Source: Nymphaea colorata
Taxonomy: Eukaryota
Length of the DNA stretch: 64,000 nt
Assembly: GCF_008831285.2 (NCBI RefSeq)
Contig: NC_045138.2
Location: forward strand, 41,974,001-42,038,000
Reading direction: 5' to 3'
The position numbers and the translations under genes were made by a program. This document shows, piece after piece, positions 37,601 through 51,000 of the stretch. Under the pieces are notes generated by a model. That model saw only the letters and a list, made by a program, of their open reading frames with translations, searched no databases and was not told the origin of the DNA. How positions within the stretch are numbered: position 1 is the first letter of the stretch; each line of letters starts with the position of its first letter.

Positions 37601-40600
37601 TTACATATATTAGTCATCTAATATGTGTCACATATATATGTATTTTATAGGTTTGGGTACTTAGGATATTTATGTAACTTTTTACCTTCTTTTTGTCTTT
37701 TTATTTTCTGTATTTTTCCTGTTTTACCCCTGCCCCTTTCTGATTTTATCCAAAGGGGACCCAAGGGGAGACTAGTCCCAACGGCTAGAATTCTAGCCAT
37801 TGGAACTAGTCTCCAACAGCTAGCTCTCTCCTCTCTTTTGTCTCTTCTTTATCGAAGCATATAGAGATGGACTGTCATTATGTTTGTGAAGAATTCCTTC
37901 AGAAGAATATTGATCTCTCCTATGTTTCTTCTGAATATCAACTAGGCGACTTCTTCACAAAGGCTCTTGCAGCAGCCAGATTCCAATTTCTCCTTGGCAA
38001 ACTTTCGGTTATCACACCGTAAGTTTGAGGGGGGGTGTTAGAATGTGTGTATCCCTTCTATACATACATATATGTATATACATTACATATATTAGTCATC
38101 TAATATGTGTCATATATACATATATATGTATTTTATAGGTTTGGGTACTTAGGATATTTATGTAACTTTTTACCTTCTTTTTGTGTTTTTATTTTCTGTA
38201 TTTTTCCTGTTTTACCCCTGCCCCTTTCTGATTTTATCCAAAGGGGACCCAAGGGGAGACTAGTCCCAACGGCTAGAATTCTAGCCGTTGGAACTAGTCT
38301 CCAACGGCTAGCTCTCTCCTCTCTTTTGTCTCTTCCTTATAAATAGTGTAGATTCTCTAGTGTAAGGTCATGGCTTTTTAGCCTACTTTATGTATCTCTC
38401 ATTGTGATTAATTTAAGTTCTTCTTCACCTCTTGTTTGAGGGCTTGTGAGTTTGACTTGTTGGTGGAAGCTTCAAGGCTGATTTGCTTGAAGTATTTGTC
38501 TCTTTGGGCCTGATTTACAGTAGGTGACAGAGCTTGGAGACAAATGGATGACCTAGTTTGAGATGCCACTGGAAGGAGGATGACAATAAAGAAGTCGAGG
38601 AGGCTGTAATACCCACAAAATTAGACAAGATTTAGATGCCCCCTTTCTCATTGCCTACACTAATCGTCTTTCCAGTTTGCAAGTCCTGAAATGAACATAA
38701 ACAAGAGTTAAATGCAACACAACAATATAAGTCATTAGTTAATTGTCAGACTGATAAAAGATTAGTGGGAAACTTAGGAGCATATAACACATTAGGAGTT
38801 GTCATAGATTGAGAAATCTTAACATCTCCATAACCCATAATAGGAGACTATCTTCCATTTGCGAGTTTCACATGACGAGACTGAGGTAATGTGGGGGCAA
38901 GGTAAACAATGAAGGTCTACTACAAAAGTGTCTCGATGCATAGTACCTGTATCATGTGGAGCAAGATTGGCAGACTTAGCACTATCTATCATAATTATGG
39001 AGGTCGATGGCTGAATAGATCTGTGTGTTAAGAACTGCTCATATTCTAACTTGTTTATATTCATTATCACAGTCTCAGGATGGAAAGAAGACGAAGACCT
39101 CTCTACTGCTGATGAAGCTGCCTAGACAGCTCCAATAGGAGACTATAATGAAACCTTGCCTTGCTTAGATGCAACACCTCTGCCTAGGGATGTAGCGGAA
39201 GGACGACCATGCTTATCCCAACATCTGTCTTTCAAATGCCCTATTTTCCACAGTAAGTGCATTGAAATCTCTCACGACCTCCTCCTGACATTCGACCTAT
39301 GGCCCTCCCCTTGAAGAAACTACCCCTACAGCCTCCTGATGTCACCAAGGCAGAGGTAGGAACATCAGTGGAAGGCTGAGAAAGGGTCACAACAAGGCGA
39401 CTGAGTCTATTGTAAGCCTCAGTTAGGTCATGGACTTTTGCTCTAATCAACACTTGTGCCTTTGCTACTGCGTATTTAGGAGAGAGCCTGATGCAGAATG
39501 AAAGCAGAAACAAATCTTGTAACTGGATCTAGTTAGTTTTTTTTAATACTCTTAAACGGACCCATATCTGCAATCCATCCCTTTCCTCTATACAAAGGGA
39601 CTTTGGTTCATTTTGTGAGACAGTCAAGAAGTTCAAAATAAATGAAATGCAAACTTTTGTTCTTGTTTGTTTAATCATTTGCTTGAGTTTTTGTTAGTTT
39701 AAGTTTAGTTGTGAATGTAGTTGGATTAAGATCGGTTAATTTTGATTCTTGTTGCGTTAGAGCCCCTGTAGAAACTTTGCCACCATAAACTGTTCACCAT
39801 GAGTCTTGTGGCATGTGGGATATGGAGGACGCAAAGCTTTCAGTCTTCATGGATTGACTTGATGGAAGCGAAGTACTGAGTAAGACTTTGATCACCTTGT
39901 CACAAATTAAGTAATTCCTCCTCCACCTGCAAGATCTTGCTAACATTCTTGTCATTAGAGTACGTTTGTTTCAAAAAATCTCACATCTGTTTGGCAAAGG
40001 TACAATATACAATAGTAGAGGTAATTTGTGGTTGCACACTATTCTTGATCCATGACATGACAATATTATTATCTTCTTTCCATGTACTATATTAACTATT
40101 CATCACAAGCTCATTTTCTTCTATAACATGTTCATTTCAATGTCCAATCATAGACATCATAAACACATATCACCAAATTTCATAATTAGATCCATCTAGT
40201 TTCCCAGTAGAGCCATAAGAAAAAGGATTGCCTTTGTTCTTATGCTCATATTGCATCTCTGTTTTGCCTTCATTAGCCATATGCGAGACTGGACATTATG
40301 ACCTTAATCTGGTCGCACTTTGATAAAATCAAGAGTATAGCGCATAATAATCAACTTGAGAGGATTTAGGCAGCAGAATTTTTTTTAGCATGAATAAGAG
40401 TTCTTAGAAAAATATCTATCAAGTATCAACTTGCTATTTAGTAAATCAGTCCACCAATTACAGTAATCAACTTGAGAGGATCTAGGCAGCAGAATTTTTC
40501 AGCATGAATAAAAGTACTTAAAAAAAATCTATGAACTTGCTGCTCATCAGTCCACCAAACTCCCACATAGTAGGCTTCATATCATTGCTTACTAGAATCC

Positions 40601-41061
40601 ACATATGCATATAAGAATGACAATCAATCTGATAAGAGTATAGTCCACGTACAGCCACTCTTCCATGAGCCCATATCTGACTTAGAACTTGCCAACGCAA
40701 CTCCCATGCAGTTGCTCACGCGCCGCTACATCAACGTTGGGAACCTAATCACATACCTCTCACGTGTGATTAGGTTCCCCTTCCACGCTGCTCCACTATC
40801 TCCCGATCAGCAGAGAGAAGAGAGAAAGGAAGGGTAGAGGAAGAAAAGAGGTGGGAAGAGATTGGAGAGAGAAGAGGAGAAGATGTCGCCGGAAGGTCAA
40901 GTCAGCCGCTGGTGGAGAAGGGTGGATATCGCTGGCTTTGATGCCATGTTACAGTCGGCAGTCTTAGAGTGAGAAAATCATCTTATTAACTAACCCTAAT
41001 CTCAATAATAAATAGATGAGGGCGGCGATAGAGACTTACAAATAATATCAACCAAAGATAG
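34652..41061 (-). mobile_element. Decayed Ty1/copia element in RRM intron 1; 5' LTR truncated
   Basis: 3' LTR 34652-34851 with PPT (ctcctcctcaag on the + strand). Homologous partial 5' LTR 40947-41061 beside a degenerate PBS (gctttgatgcca). Zinc knuckle CTYCGK*GHLKDRC, integrase (IDDYSRATW, QQNGVAERK), RT (RYKAKLVAK, QLDVKNVFL) and RNase H. Confidence 0.88.
37554..38519 (+). mobile_element. Internally deleted copia element (partial 5' LTR, RNase H tail, PPT, 3' LTR), nested in the previous element
   Basis: Perfect TSD GTAGG (37549-37553 and 38520-38524). 3' LTR 38036-38519; near-identical partial 5' LTR 37554-~37852. Between them SKHIEMDCHYV...QLGDFFTKAL and PPT TTGAGGGGGGG. Confidence 0.93.
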
Positions 41062-41330
41062 CGATCCAAGCTGCAGAAGCATGTAGTGTTCTAGAATTCC
41101 GTCCGCCGAATTGAAGAGCCCCATAGATGATCATCGGCAGCAACGACTTGCTGGGTTCCGACTCTGGTATCATTGTTAGCCTTTGCTAGCCAGTACCAAC
41201 CTTCACCAGCCAAACCCTTGAGAAGCTCACGCACACCGATAACCCTCCCTTCTGGCCGTCCCCCTATTTATGGGTGTTATCGGGTCAGTCCAGTGGACCT
41301 AACCCATGATCCCATACCCGATATCTAACA
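41062..41330 (-). mobile_element. Remnant of another LTR element: short LTR (41174-41330), degenerate PBS and leader
   Basis: TGTTAG...CTAACA inverted termini, next to gactctggtatca (degenerate reverse complement of PBS-Met). Confidence 0.6.
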
Positions 41331-42900
41331 ACATAGGAAGTGGTTCTGAGGCCTTTTGGAGAGAATGTTGTAGGGTTCAAATGGGTTTACAAAATTAAGT
41401 ACAAGCTAGGTGGCAACATCAAAAAGTATAAAACTAGACTTGTTGCAAGAGGCTTTACTCAACAATTTGGGTAGGATTGTGATGAAACATTTAGTCAGGT
41501 TGTTAAAATGGGGACGATAACATTATTATATCCTTAGCAGTCGATCATGACTGGAAGTTAATTAAACTGAATGGTAAGAATGATTTTTTCCATGAGGACT
41601 TGAAAGAGGAGGTGTGCATGGAGCAACTGCTAAGGTATACTGAAAACAATCCAGTGAATTGGGTATATAAGTTGCAACTTCTTTATGGTTTGAAACAGTC
41701 ATCCCAATCATGGTTTGAAAGTTTCTCCCAACAATTAAAAAATGTGGAATTTGAAGAAGTGCTCTTGATCATTCTCATTTTATTTGTCAAGAGAATAGAT
41801 TCCACTTGGTTGTTCATATATGTTGAAGACATTGTTACAGTTGGAAGCTCAGAAGGCTATATTTGTGAAGTGAAGGCAATGTTGAGGAAGTGTTTCAAGA
41901 GGAAAGATCTCGGGGACTTGAGGTACTTTCTTGGAATGGAAGTTGACAGGTAAAATGATGTTTAACTTTGACTGACACAACAAAAGTACACTCTTGATCT
42001 CTTGCAGAAGACAAGTACGTCAAATAGCAAACCTATGAGTACCTCAATGTGTTAAACCAGAAATTGAAAACTGAAGAAGGGGATTTGAATCCTGACCCAA
42101 CTATGTACCAGAACATTGTTGGATGCTATAACACCTAATCTTTAACAAGCCAGACATTGTGTACTTTGTGAATCAAGTATTGCAGTTTATGCATTCTCCA
42201 AGGTGCGGACATATGGATGTTGTCAAAAGGATTTTATGATATTTGAAGGGCGTGGTAGGTGATGCCCATATACTGTAGAAATATTGTAGAAGTAACTGCA
42301 CTTGTAAAGAACATACTTTTGCTACTTATGTAGATGCTGACTGGGCTAGGGACCATGGCCGAAGAAGATCAATGTCAGGTTATTGTATTTTTATTGTGCA
42401 GAACCTCATTTCTTGGAGCAGTCAGAAACAGAAAGTTGTAGATCATTTTAGTATCAAACTTTCTATTGGCAGAGGTCATGGGGGTGAAAAATATATTGGG
42501 TGAATTACGGGAACAGATTAGTCGATATGTACTCTTCTATCGTAATCAAAGTGCTATCAACATAGCATTCAACCCGATTCTCCGTAGCAGAATGAAACAT
42601 ATTGAATCAATATTTTATCAGGCAAAAGATGAAAAATAAAGAGATCGAGCCAAGAACAAACAATCAAGTCCATCAGGTTTGGTTTCTTAAGAACAAGTTG
42701 TGCATGGTCAAGGACTTGACCATGCACAACTGGAAGGAGTGTTAAAGAGGATGTATTAATGTGTTTGGATCTCGATCATGTCTTATGTTGGGGACACTGA
42801 TCAAGATCCAAACATGTCTAATGTTAGGAGCATCTTTTATTTTTACACGTAGCATTGTAGGATTTCAAGAGGTTCTCCATCATTTACTCTCGTTTTCAGC
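41331..42900 (+). mobile_element. 3' half of a decayed copia (RT, RNase H, PPT, start of 3' LTR)
   Basis: Motifs NVVGFKWVYKIKYK..KYKTRLVARGFTQ, LYGLKQS, IYVEDIV, DLGDLRYFLGME, YVDADWA. PPT-like ggaaggag followed by TGTTAAA at ~42740. The right boundary is approximate. Confidence 0.8.
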
Positions 42901-43289
42901 CCAAGCGCCTTTGGAGTATTAATAATCTTGTCATTTGTTAACTTGGATCTATTTACAGCATTGGCAACAAATTTGATTTGTGAGAACAAGTAACCTCCTT
43001 GAGAGTATGAGCTTCAATCCAAAAAAAAAAAGTGAGAAACCCTAAGTCAGACATCAAATTCATTTTGCAAGAAATTTTTAATTTGTTTTACTCCATCACA
43101 AACGTCGTCTAAGGTTGTGGAGCTCCTTCATCAAAGTGCAGAACGAGGCAGGGGCATTGGTGAATTGTGATTGTTACATCGGCAACATAGAGAAGAAGAA
43201 TGACAGTTCCTTTAGATATGATCTTAGTAAATAAAGAAGTACTAGAGTAACAAGCTTCAGAACCATGTCTATTATGACTTTAGTAAATC

Positions 43290-45260
43290 TGTCATACTAG
43301 GCTTTAGGGGCTTGCTTCAACCCATGAAGAGTCTTCTTCAATCAAACTTTTTATTTATGAACTCTGTATCTTGGAGGAAGAGTCATGAAAACTCCTTTAT
43401 TAATTTTCGATTCAAGAAGACATTTTTAACATCCATATGGTATATGGGCCGACTTTTGACTATTGCTACAGCAACAAAGGTTCTAACGGATGCAATAGGG
43501 ACAAAAATTTCCTCATAGTCTATCCCATATTCTTGAGAATACCCTTAGTTAATTTCACTTTAAATTTTTTAACTGATCAGTCAATTTTAGTTTTGACCTT
43601 ATAGATCCATTTGCATCCTATGGTTACTTTCCCTTGGGTAATAATAGGATTTCCCATAGTTACATTTTTTCAAGGCCATTAGCTCAAAATTCATAGCCTC
43701 AAACCTTTGTGGAATTTGAGCAACTTCAAAATATGTTGTGAGTTCATTATATAAGTGAATAGCAGGAAGCTGATTTTTTGTGATTGGGTGAGAAAGAATC
43801 ATAAGAGACAAATCTTTGAGGGGTCTCGTGCATTTATTTGATCTCCTAACAAAGATTTCAGGTTCATTTTCACTTCTAGGCACTTCTCTTCTATAGTGAG
43901 TGACAATTTCTTTAGCAGACTCTGTTCTATCAAGGTCTTCTTGACTATTTAGAAAATCAATTTCAGGAGTTTCATTTGTATAGTCATGAGAGCAATTTTA
44001 ATCTTCTTCATTATCTTCAAAATTTGAGGGTAAGAGATCTATAAAAAGGAATAATCCAAATTATGTTTTGGTTCCTATTTTTTAAAATCTTTTTCATCCT
44101 CAAGAAAGACAACTTTGTATGATGCAAAAAAATTATCTATTTTTTCCTTGTTAATATGATACCACTTGTATCCTTTTTGACTTTCCGAATAGCCGACAAA
44201 AACACATTCAATTGCTTTAGGAGAAAGTTTATGACCTACCTTATTTACAATGTAGCATTTGCATTCAAAACTCTTGAGTTTTCAAAAAGGAGATAAATTA
44301 TATAAAATTCTTGAGCTATGCAATCTATTAATTAAATAAACAGAAGCCAAAAGTGCTTCAGCCCAAAACTTTTTAGGAATATTCTTACGAAGGAGAAGGG
44401 AACTGCAGAGTTGCAGTTTCAATAATATAATGATTTTTCCTTTCAGATATACTATTTTGTTGAGGAGTTTTTTGAACAAGTTCTTTAATGATGGGTACCA
44501 CTATTTTCCAATAAACTTTTAAATTTTTTTGAGAGGTATTCTCCTATCTGAGAGTCTTAATATTGATTTCAAATTGATTTTTAACTAATTGATGAAAGAT
44601 TTTGAAGTATGAGGAAACTTCATATTTGTGTTTTAAGAAGTAAATTCAAACTTAGCTAAGTGAAGTTATTAATAAATATCTCATAGTAAGGGAAACCACC
44701 CCTAGATATAAGCAGAGTGGGACCCCATGCATCCACATGCTTTAGAGCAAAAGGTGATGATGTAGTTGAAGAACTATTTCAAAAAGGAAGGGATTTCATT
44801 TTTCCCAAATACATGCATTACAAGAGAGATTTTGATTACAAAATTTCCTTAAGAAAGGAATACAAGCAATTTTTCGTATATACTAATGTGACCTATTCTT
44901 TGATGCCAAAGAGTGATACTTTCTTTGTTGACAATATTACGCAAGGAGTTTGACAAATCCAAAAAGTCTATATAATAATAAATTGCCTCTTCTACATTCT
45001 TCCCCATTCATCTTCCCTGATGGGTAATCCTGTATCCAACATTTTTCAGGTGAGAAAACAACCTTACAATCATGATCCATAATTTGGGAGAGGAAAACAA
45101 ATTTAAGTTCAATTTGGGTATACATCTTACATTTGGTACTTTGAAAAGTTTTGAATAATGTTCTTCCTTTTTAAATTTTCCGTTACTTTAGATTTGTAAA
45201 GATGTCCCATCGGTGACACATACAAAATTGGGAGTTCATATGTTGTGTTTTACATAAACT
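43290..45260 (-). mobile_element. Highly decayed copia fragment (protease/integrase to start of RT)
   Basis: KFWAEALLASVYLINRL, CVFVGYSESQKGYKW, and RT-like YGIDYEEIFVPIA..WPIYHMDVKNVFL. No LTRs identified. Confidence 0.75.
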
Positions 45261-46898
45261 ATCTTACTTTTGAAGCCTGCACCAAAGTAGCATCTCTCAA
45301 ACACACTCTTAGTGTTAGTGGTGTCTCTGAAAAGGTTGGCTGAAGCTTGATAGAAACCCAATTGCCTTGAGCGGTGAATAAAGTATACCCAGGAAGGTGT
45401 GTTTGAGTCATGGAATGACTCCAGTAATCATTCTAATGTATCAAATATAAATTGTAAACAACCTTTGTAGGATATGAAAGCGGCAAATGAAAAAGTTCTC
45501 TCTCTCTCTCTCTCTCTCGCTCGATTCTTTAATCTGCATCTTCTTTCCTGCTGTAAAGATTCAGTTGAAAAAGGCTGAGTATAGCAATTTATGTTGACAG
45601 GTGAAGTCTTTATCAATATACATGAATCATATGACAGATTTCTATGAGGTGTTCTGGGAAATAGAATTTCAATAGTTTGAAGTAAGGTGATTATCCTGGT
45701 TGTCAAGGTGCCAACGTCATGATCAGCTTGGCTACTAATGTAGTTAGTTCTCACTTCTCATCATGAGTGTGAGTTTCATTTGAGGTTTTTGTTTTCATAA
45801 TTCAAAAGTACACAACGCAAATATGCTCTTATACTTGTATACTAACACAAAGACATTGCACATTTGCTGCAAAAGCAAGAAAGCTCCATGAGTAGTTTTG
45901 AAGCTAAATAGCCCCTTCCCTTCTGTAATAGTTTCACATCCATTATGGGTCCTTTTTTTTTATATAATGAAATACAGTCAAGATTGAGTTTTCAACTGGG
46001 GGCTATGAGTCCATAATGGCAATGTGTGATCAAAGTTCATCTTGCTAATTGGGCAGGTTCCAGCTTCCTAGTTAAAGAAATTGAAGTTGCATGGGTACCA
46101 TGGTATATAGGCTTATGCTTTTTTATGTTCCGTTTGTCGATAATTTTTACTGATCCATGTTCCACACGGCCAAGGAAACATCGTTTTTTAATTCTCACTT
46201 GGCGACCTGCATCAGTTTTTGGCCTTTCTAGTAGCATAAGCTCACGGAGAAGAATGTACTTCTGTATACAACTAGAAATGAAGAGTTTTTACTTTCTTAC
46301 TACATATATACGTCCTACATCCTGAGGGCAAGGTTGCTTGCGCTTGGATTTTCTCAGCATGTTTAGGTTCAATCACTCAACATTTATTCTCTGTGTTGGT
46401 TTTTGTGTAAGGCATGTCATCTCTAGATTGATGACACTTTTTAGATGTAAAAATCAATCCAGTTTCTTATCTATATATAGCCATCTGAAATTTGAAGGAA
46501 GATTAGTGCATTCTAATGACATTTTTTTGAGATATGAAAGTCAAATCCAGTTCCTTATCTATGTAGCCATTTGAAACTTGAGGCAAGAGTAGTCCATTCT
46601 AGAGCTTCATCAAGCTAAATCGTAAGAAGAAAAGGTATTTGAGTCAATGCTTCAACACCTTGGTCTGAATTCCAGCCTCCTCTGCTTTGTGACAACAGCA
46701 TGAAGAGGATACATTCTTCAGTTCATAGTTATAGCTGTAGCAGCACATCATACTTTGCAATGGCTGGTAATACGTTACTATTGCACTTTGTTTGCTAGTA
46801 GACAAATAATACTTATCCAGGGCCAAATAGAAAACGACATCTACTAGTGAATTGCTTATTGATTGGAGTCTCAATAACCAAACCTTTCAATTTGGCAG

Positions 46899-47005
46899 TA
46901 CGGATAATCTACGACAGGGATTCTGGAAGGACAAGAGGATTTGGATTTGTATACTTCTCAAATGAGGAAGATGCTAAATCTGCAAAAGATGCCATGGATG
47001 GCAAG
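46899..47005 (+). CDS. Exon 2 of the RRM protein
   Basis: Acceptor tttggcag|. Joins exon 1 in phase to give VRIIYDRDSGRTRGFGFVYFSNEEDAKSAKDAMDGK (RNP1 RGFGFV). Donor AAG|GTTTGA. Confidence 0.92.
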
Positions 47006-47078
47006 GTTTGATGAAAATTTTTAAGTTTTCTCTCATGCTTTTCTCCCCATAAATAAAGAAATTTCTTCTGTCTAACAG

Positions 47079-47195
47079 GCATTGCTGGGTAGGCCTCTGC
47101 GGATAAGTTTTGCAATCGAGAAAGTCAGGGGAAGCCCTCTCATAGTGCCTCGTCTGCCATCTGTAGAAGCTGAGTCTCGTCATAAAAGATCGTAG
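47079..47195 (+). CDS. Exon 3 (last coding exon) of the RRM protein
   Basis: Acceptor tctaacag|, then ALLGRPLRISFAIEKVRGSPLIVPRLPSVEAESRHKRS*. The three exons sum to 459 nt, an intact frame. Confidence 0.92.
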   Translation, partial: ALLGRPLRISFAIEKVRGSPLIVPRLPSVEAESRHKRS

Positions 47196-47950
47196 TACTT
47201 TCGTGTTCCAATTGTTATTCCTCGTTGTTTCTGTTCTTGTAAGTTAAATGCTGGATGTGTGCGTTTCTTATATCTGACAAAATGTAGTTTGCAAATTGTC
47301 TTTCTGCATCCACGACTCACATGTTTTCCTATCTACCGCACATAACCATTACCATAATCACAGAACATTCTCCTAGTTATTTTCCGCTGTCATTGTCGTT
47401 GATGTTTCTCGACCTGCATTGGGCTGGCTTTTAAAGGCAACCCACTGCTGGCATCGACGATACTGATAGGTTGAAAATGGAAAGAATTCAACAGAATTTT
47501 CTGACAAACATTTTTCACCTTTGTATTTTGAATATGTTTTATTCTCCTTGATGAAGGGGCACCTTCTGAGCACCTTTTGCCAACAAGAATGAACGATTCA
47601 TGAGCTGCTCAGTTCATTCCTTTCTAATTGGGATGTTGCCGTGCTGCTGCTGAAAAACCGTACGCGTGACACGGGATTAACTATTTCTTGGTCCGTAGCC
47701 CTTGTGGCTGCTGTTAACTATGGCTGAAATGGTTTATTATAGCATGGGCAAGGGCCTTCCCTCTTGCTGACATGACCAGTCATTATATCAATCACGTCCT
47801 TTCCAACTGCTGCTACCGCCATCACATGGCTGCCTCTATGACCGGTTTATCATCGCCATTAAGACCACAACCACCATCACCACTGTCGTTTCTGCCACCT
47901 GTGTTACCATTCAACTTTGCCATGGCCATTACCAACGTCACCATTATCGC

Positions 47951-48052
47951 CATTGTTGCCACTACAGCCACTGCCCATAGCTACCATTGTTGCCACTACA
48001 GCCACTACCCATAGCTACCATTGTTGCCACTACAGCCACTATCCCTAGCTAC
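47951..48052. repeat. 34-bp tandem repeat, 3 copies
   Basis: cattgttgccactacagccactgcccatagctac repeated three times with few substitutions. Confidence 0.9.
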
Positions 48053-51000
48053 TGCTGCCCTGCTACCTTGTTTCTTGTTTCCACCACCATCATCTAATTC
48101 CATTCTCGTTTTTCTTCTCATTTTACTCTATCTTGGGTTGTCTGATGACCGCTTAGTTTTTCCTTGTCCTCCTTTTCACAGGCAATTAGAGTTAGGTAGC
48201 CTACGCTAGTTTACATTGACCACGCACCAGTTCACCTCACTTCCTTTTAGTTGGATACTGGTCTAGAGCCTTTTTGCCCCCTTTCCAAACGATTTGCTAT
48301 CTATGTCCCATGCTTTTACTCTTACATGTAACTACCAATGGGACTTGGGGGGAGATGGCCCCACTTAGCAGTAAACTGTCATCTCCTTGGAATGACATAT
48401 GATCATAGTGTACGAATGAACCAAATGAGCCTGAATGTACTTGTTAAATTAGTAAAGTGAACACACGATCACTCCAAATATTACATTGATTTATTGCTTC
48501 CAACAATGTGAGTAATGATAAGAAAACTAGCTAAACAAACAACAGTAAATAGTTTTTTTTCCCTCTCAAAATACGGCTTCTTCTTTCCATCTTGATGTCG
48601 ATGTAATGAGTACTTAGTACTTTCCACACTGGCGTTTTTTCTTTTAAGATCAGAAGCATGGATTCAGGAGATGAGAATGTAGTATTGAGTTAGGCCAGTC
48701 ATTCTGTCGGACGGTCTTAGTAAATCCACTCTCCTCTATTATTAACTTTGGCTTCCAACATAACCTTATATGAGTCGATACCTTTCTTGGCATAGCCTAC
48801 CTGATGTGAAGGCTGAGACTGGAACATGTTTTGGCAACGATGGGTATCTCATTACTGTACGTTTGACCCCCATTCTTCCCTTCCTGGAAACTCTTCACCT
48901 TTTACCAAGAGTTTGCTGGTCATCTTGGATGATGAACATGCAGAAAGCGAACAGTTTATGTAATTTCTCTAATAAGAGATACCTAATACAAAAATATCAA
49001 ACAAAGGCCTGAAGAATAGAAAACCTTGGTTACAGTTTTTTGACCTTCTTCCAATATTACCTTGCATAGCAAAATTATGTTTTCACCGATTTAGCTAACA
49101 TGTTTTGTATCTCAAGTTGATGGAAGGTTGCTTCGCGTTCTTATTTGACAGCATTTGTAAAGTACAGTCCTTGTTGTGAAAAGTGATTTCTCTGTTGAAG
49201 GCAAAAGGAAAAAGGAAAATTTTCGTTTCCTTTCCTAAGACAAAAAATGCACCCTACCCATGGGCATTAATCTGGCCTCGACGTTCTTCAAATTGGTAAG
49301 CCCCGAAGTACAAGTCCCTGGTAGGTGTCAAAAATCTTTTCGTATCTCAAAATCAATGAGGCACACACATATGGTGCAAAGCTGTTATTAAAGGTCAGAA
49401 AGCGAAAACATTTAAACCGGAGATGATCTATATTCCATTATGGAGAAGCTTTAGGAAAAGATGATTCTTTTGGAAGCTAATGGAATTTCATGGGTTCCTA
49501 ACTAGAAAAAAAAAAAGCGGACTTCATATGTACATCAGCTGTTTATTCACAATTAGATTTGAAAAATGCTAATAGGTAGGGGAAATTCCACTCCGTATTA
49601 TGCCAATTAAAACCTTTAGGAAAGCCTCCCCAGCACAAGAAAGGCGGGCCATGGATGAATCACTTTTACTGATGCCACTAGTATTTTAGAAAAAAAAGAC
49701 TTGGTAACCATTTATAGCTATGTAAAATTGTCGTTGACACACACTTCGTACATCGTCCTATTCACTTGGCGGTATTAAAATCGAAAAAGGTGAGATGTTC
49801 TGGAGAAATCTCATTTGTTGATCATGCACTTTTACAAAGTTCCATCTAAAATTAATGAGTTTCCCTCCTCCTAGTCATTTGAGTTTTGCTGCAACCATGT
49901 TGGAGGGTAAGCCCCTTACTTTTATTGACAAAACAGTGATTTTTTACAAAGTTTCAAAAAATGTGGCAAAGGAGGACTGGCCTCAACTATAATGACTAGT
50001 CCTAGTGCAGCTCACTTGCCTTTTTGCAGGCTGGGAAACAACGTCTATGAGTTCAGCAGCTGGGTTAAAAGCCAAAAAGGTAATGTGATACATAAACACA
50101 TAAAACGTAGAGGATGCCATCTCCGAACTGGATGGAACTTGTAAACACCTTTGAAGTTTCACTCTACATCTGTGAGGTTCGTCCATGACTTGAATGCCAT
50201 AGAAAATGTTTGGGGCCAAAATATCAGAACATAATCAAGAGCCTTCCAATCTTCCCCCACTGCATGGCAACAAGATGAAGATCAACGCTCTTAATGGATG
50301 GTGGAGGCCAGGTATCTGGGATAATAGATGATGACAACCATCTTTTGATATCATGGACATAAGATGTGGCTTGACAACTATTGGCTGTCGAGATAGTTGT
50401 GGCTAAACTTTTAATTTCTTCCTATAGCAGTTTGCATGTCACTTATGGCTAAACTTTTAATCTCTTCTCATTGGAGTTTTCATGTCACTTTTGCCGAGAC
50501 TTTTTTGTTCATGGAGGATTCTGTTATGGTTTTTCTATATAGAAGTAATGAATCATCAGAGGGCCTACAAGCTAGATATCAAACAACCAACCTCATTTGA
50601 AGGAGCAATCAATCCGTTTTTTCAATTTCCTTTCAAGGTGATCCGAGCATGAGGGTCTCCTAACAAAATGGGCACACCAAAATGGTAAATTTACATTCCA
50701 TGAAGAGGTGTTCGGTTTCTTCTGCCAATGAACGTAGAAAACACTAGCAAGCTAAAGCGATACCTATATGCTCCAGCTTGTCTTGGGTCAGGAGTCTTCC
50801 CTCGACTGAAACAAATAAGAACCAAACTATCAACGGTCTAACTTTTGACCTCTAGAAATCTTGACTCCAAGCCCTAGATGTGCTTGTTTGCCTAATCCGT
50901 TCATATGCCTCACTGCAACCTATTTGTTCCACATTAGTATCCTTTCAAACTACGCAAATCAGATTTTAAAGTTAAGAAAGTGACAGAGTAAGTGGGTAAT

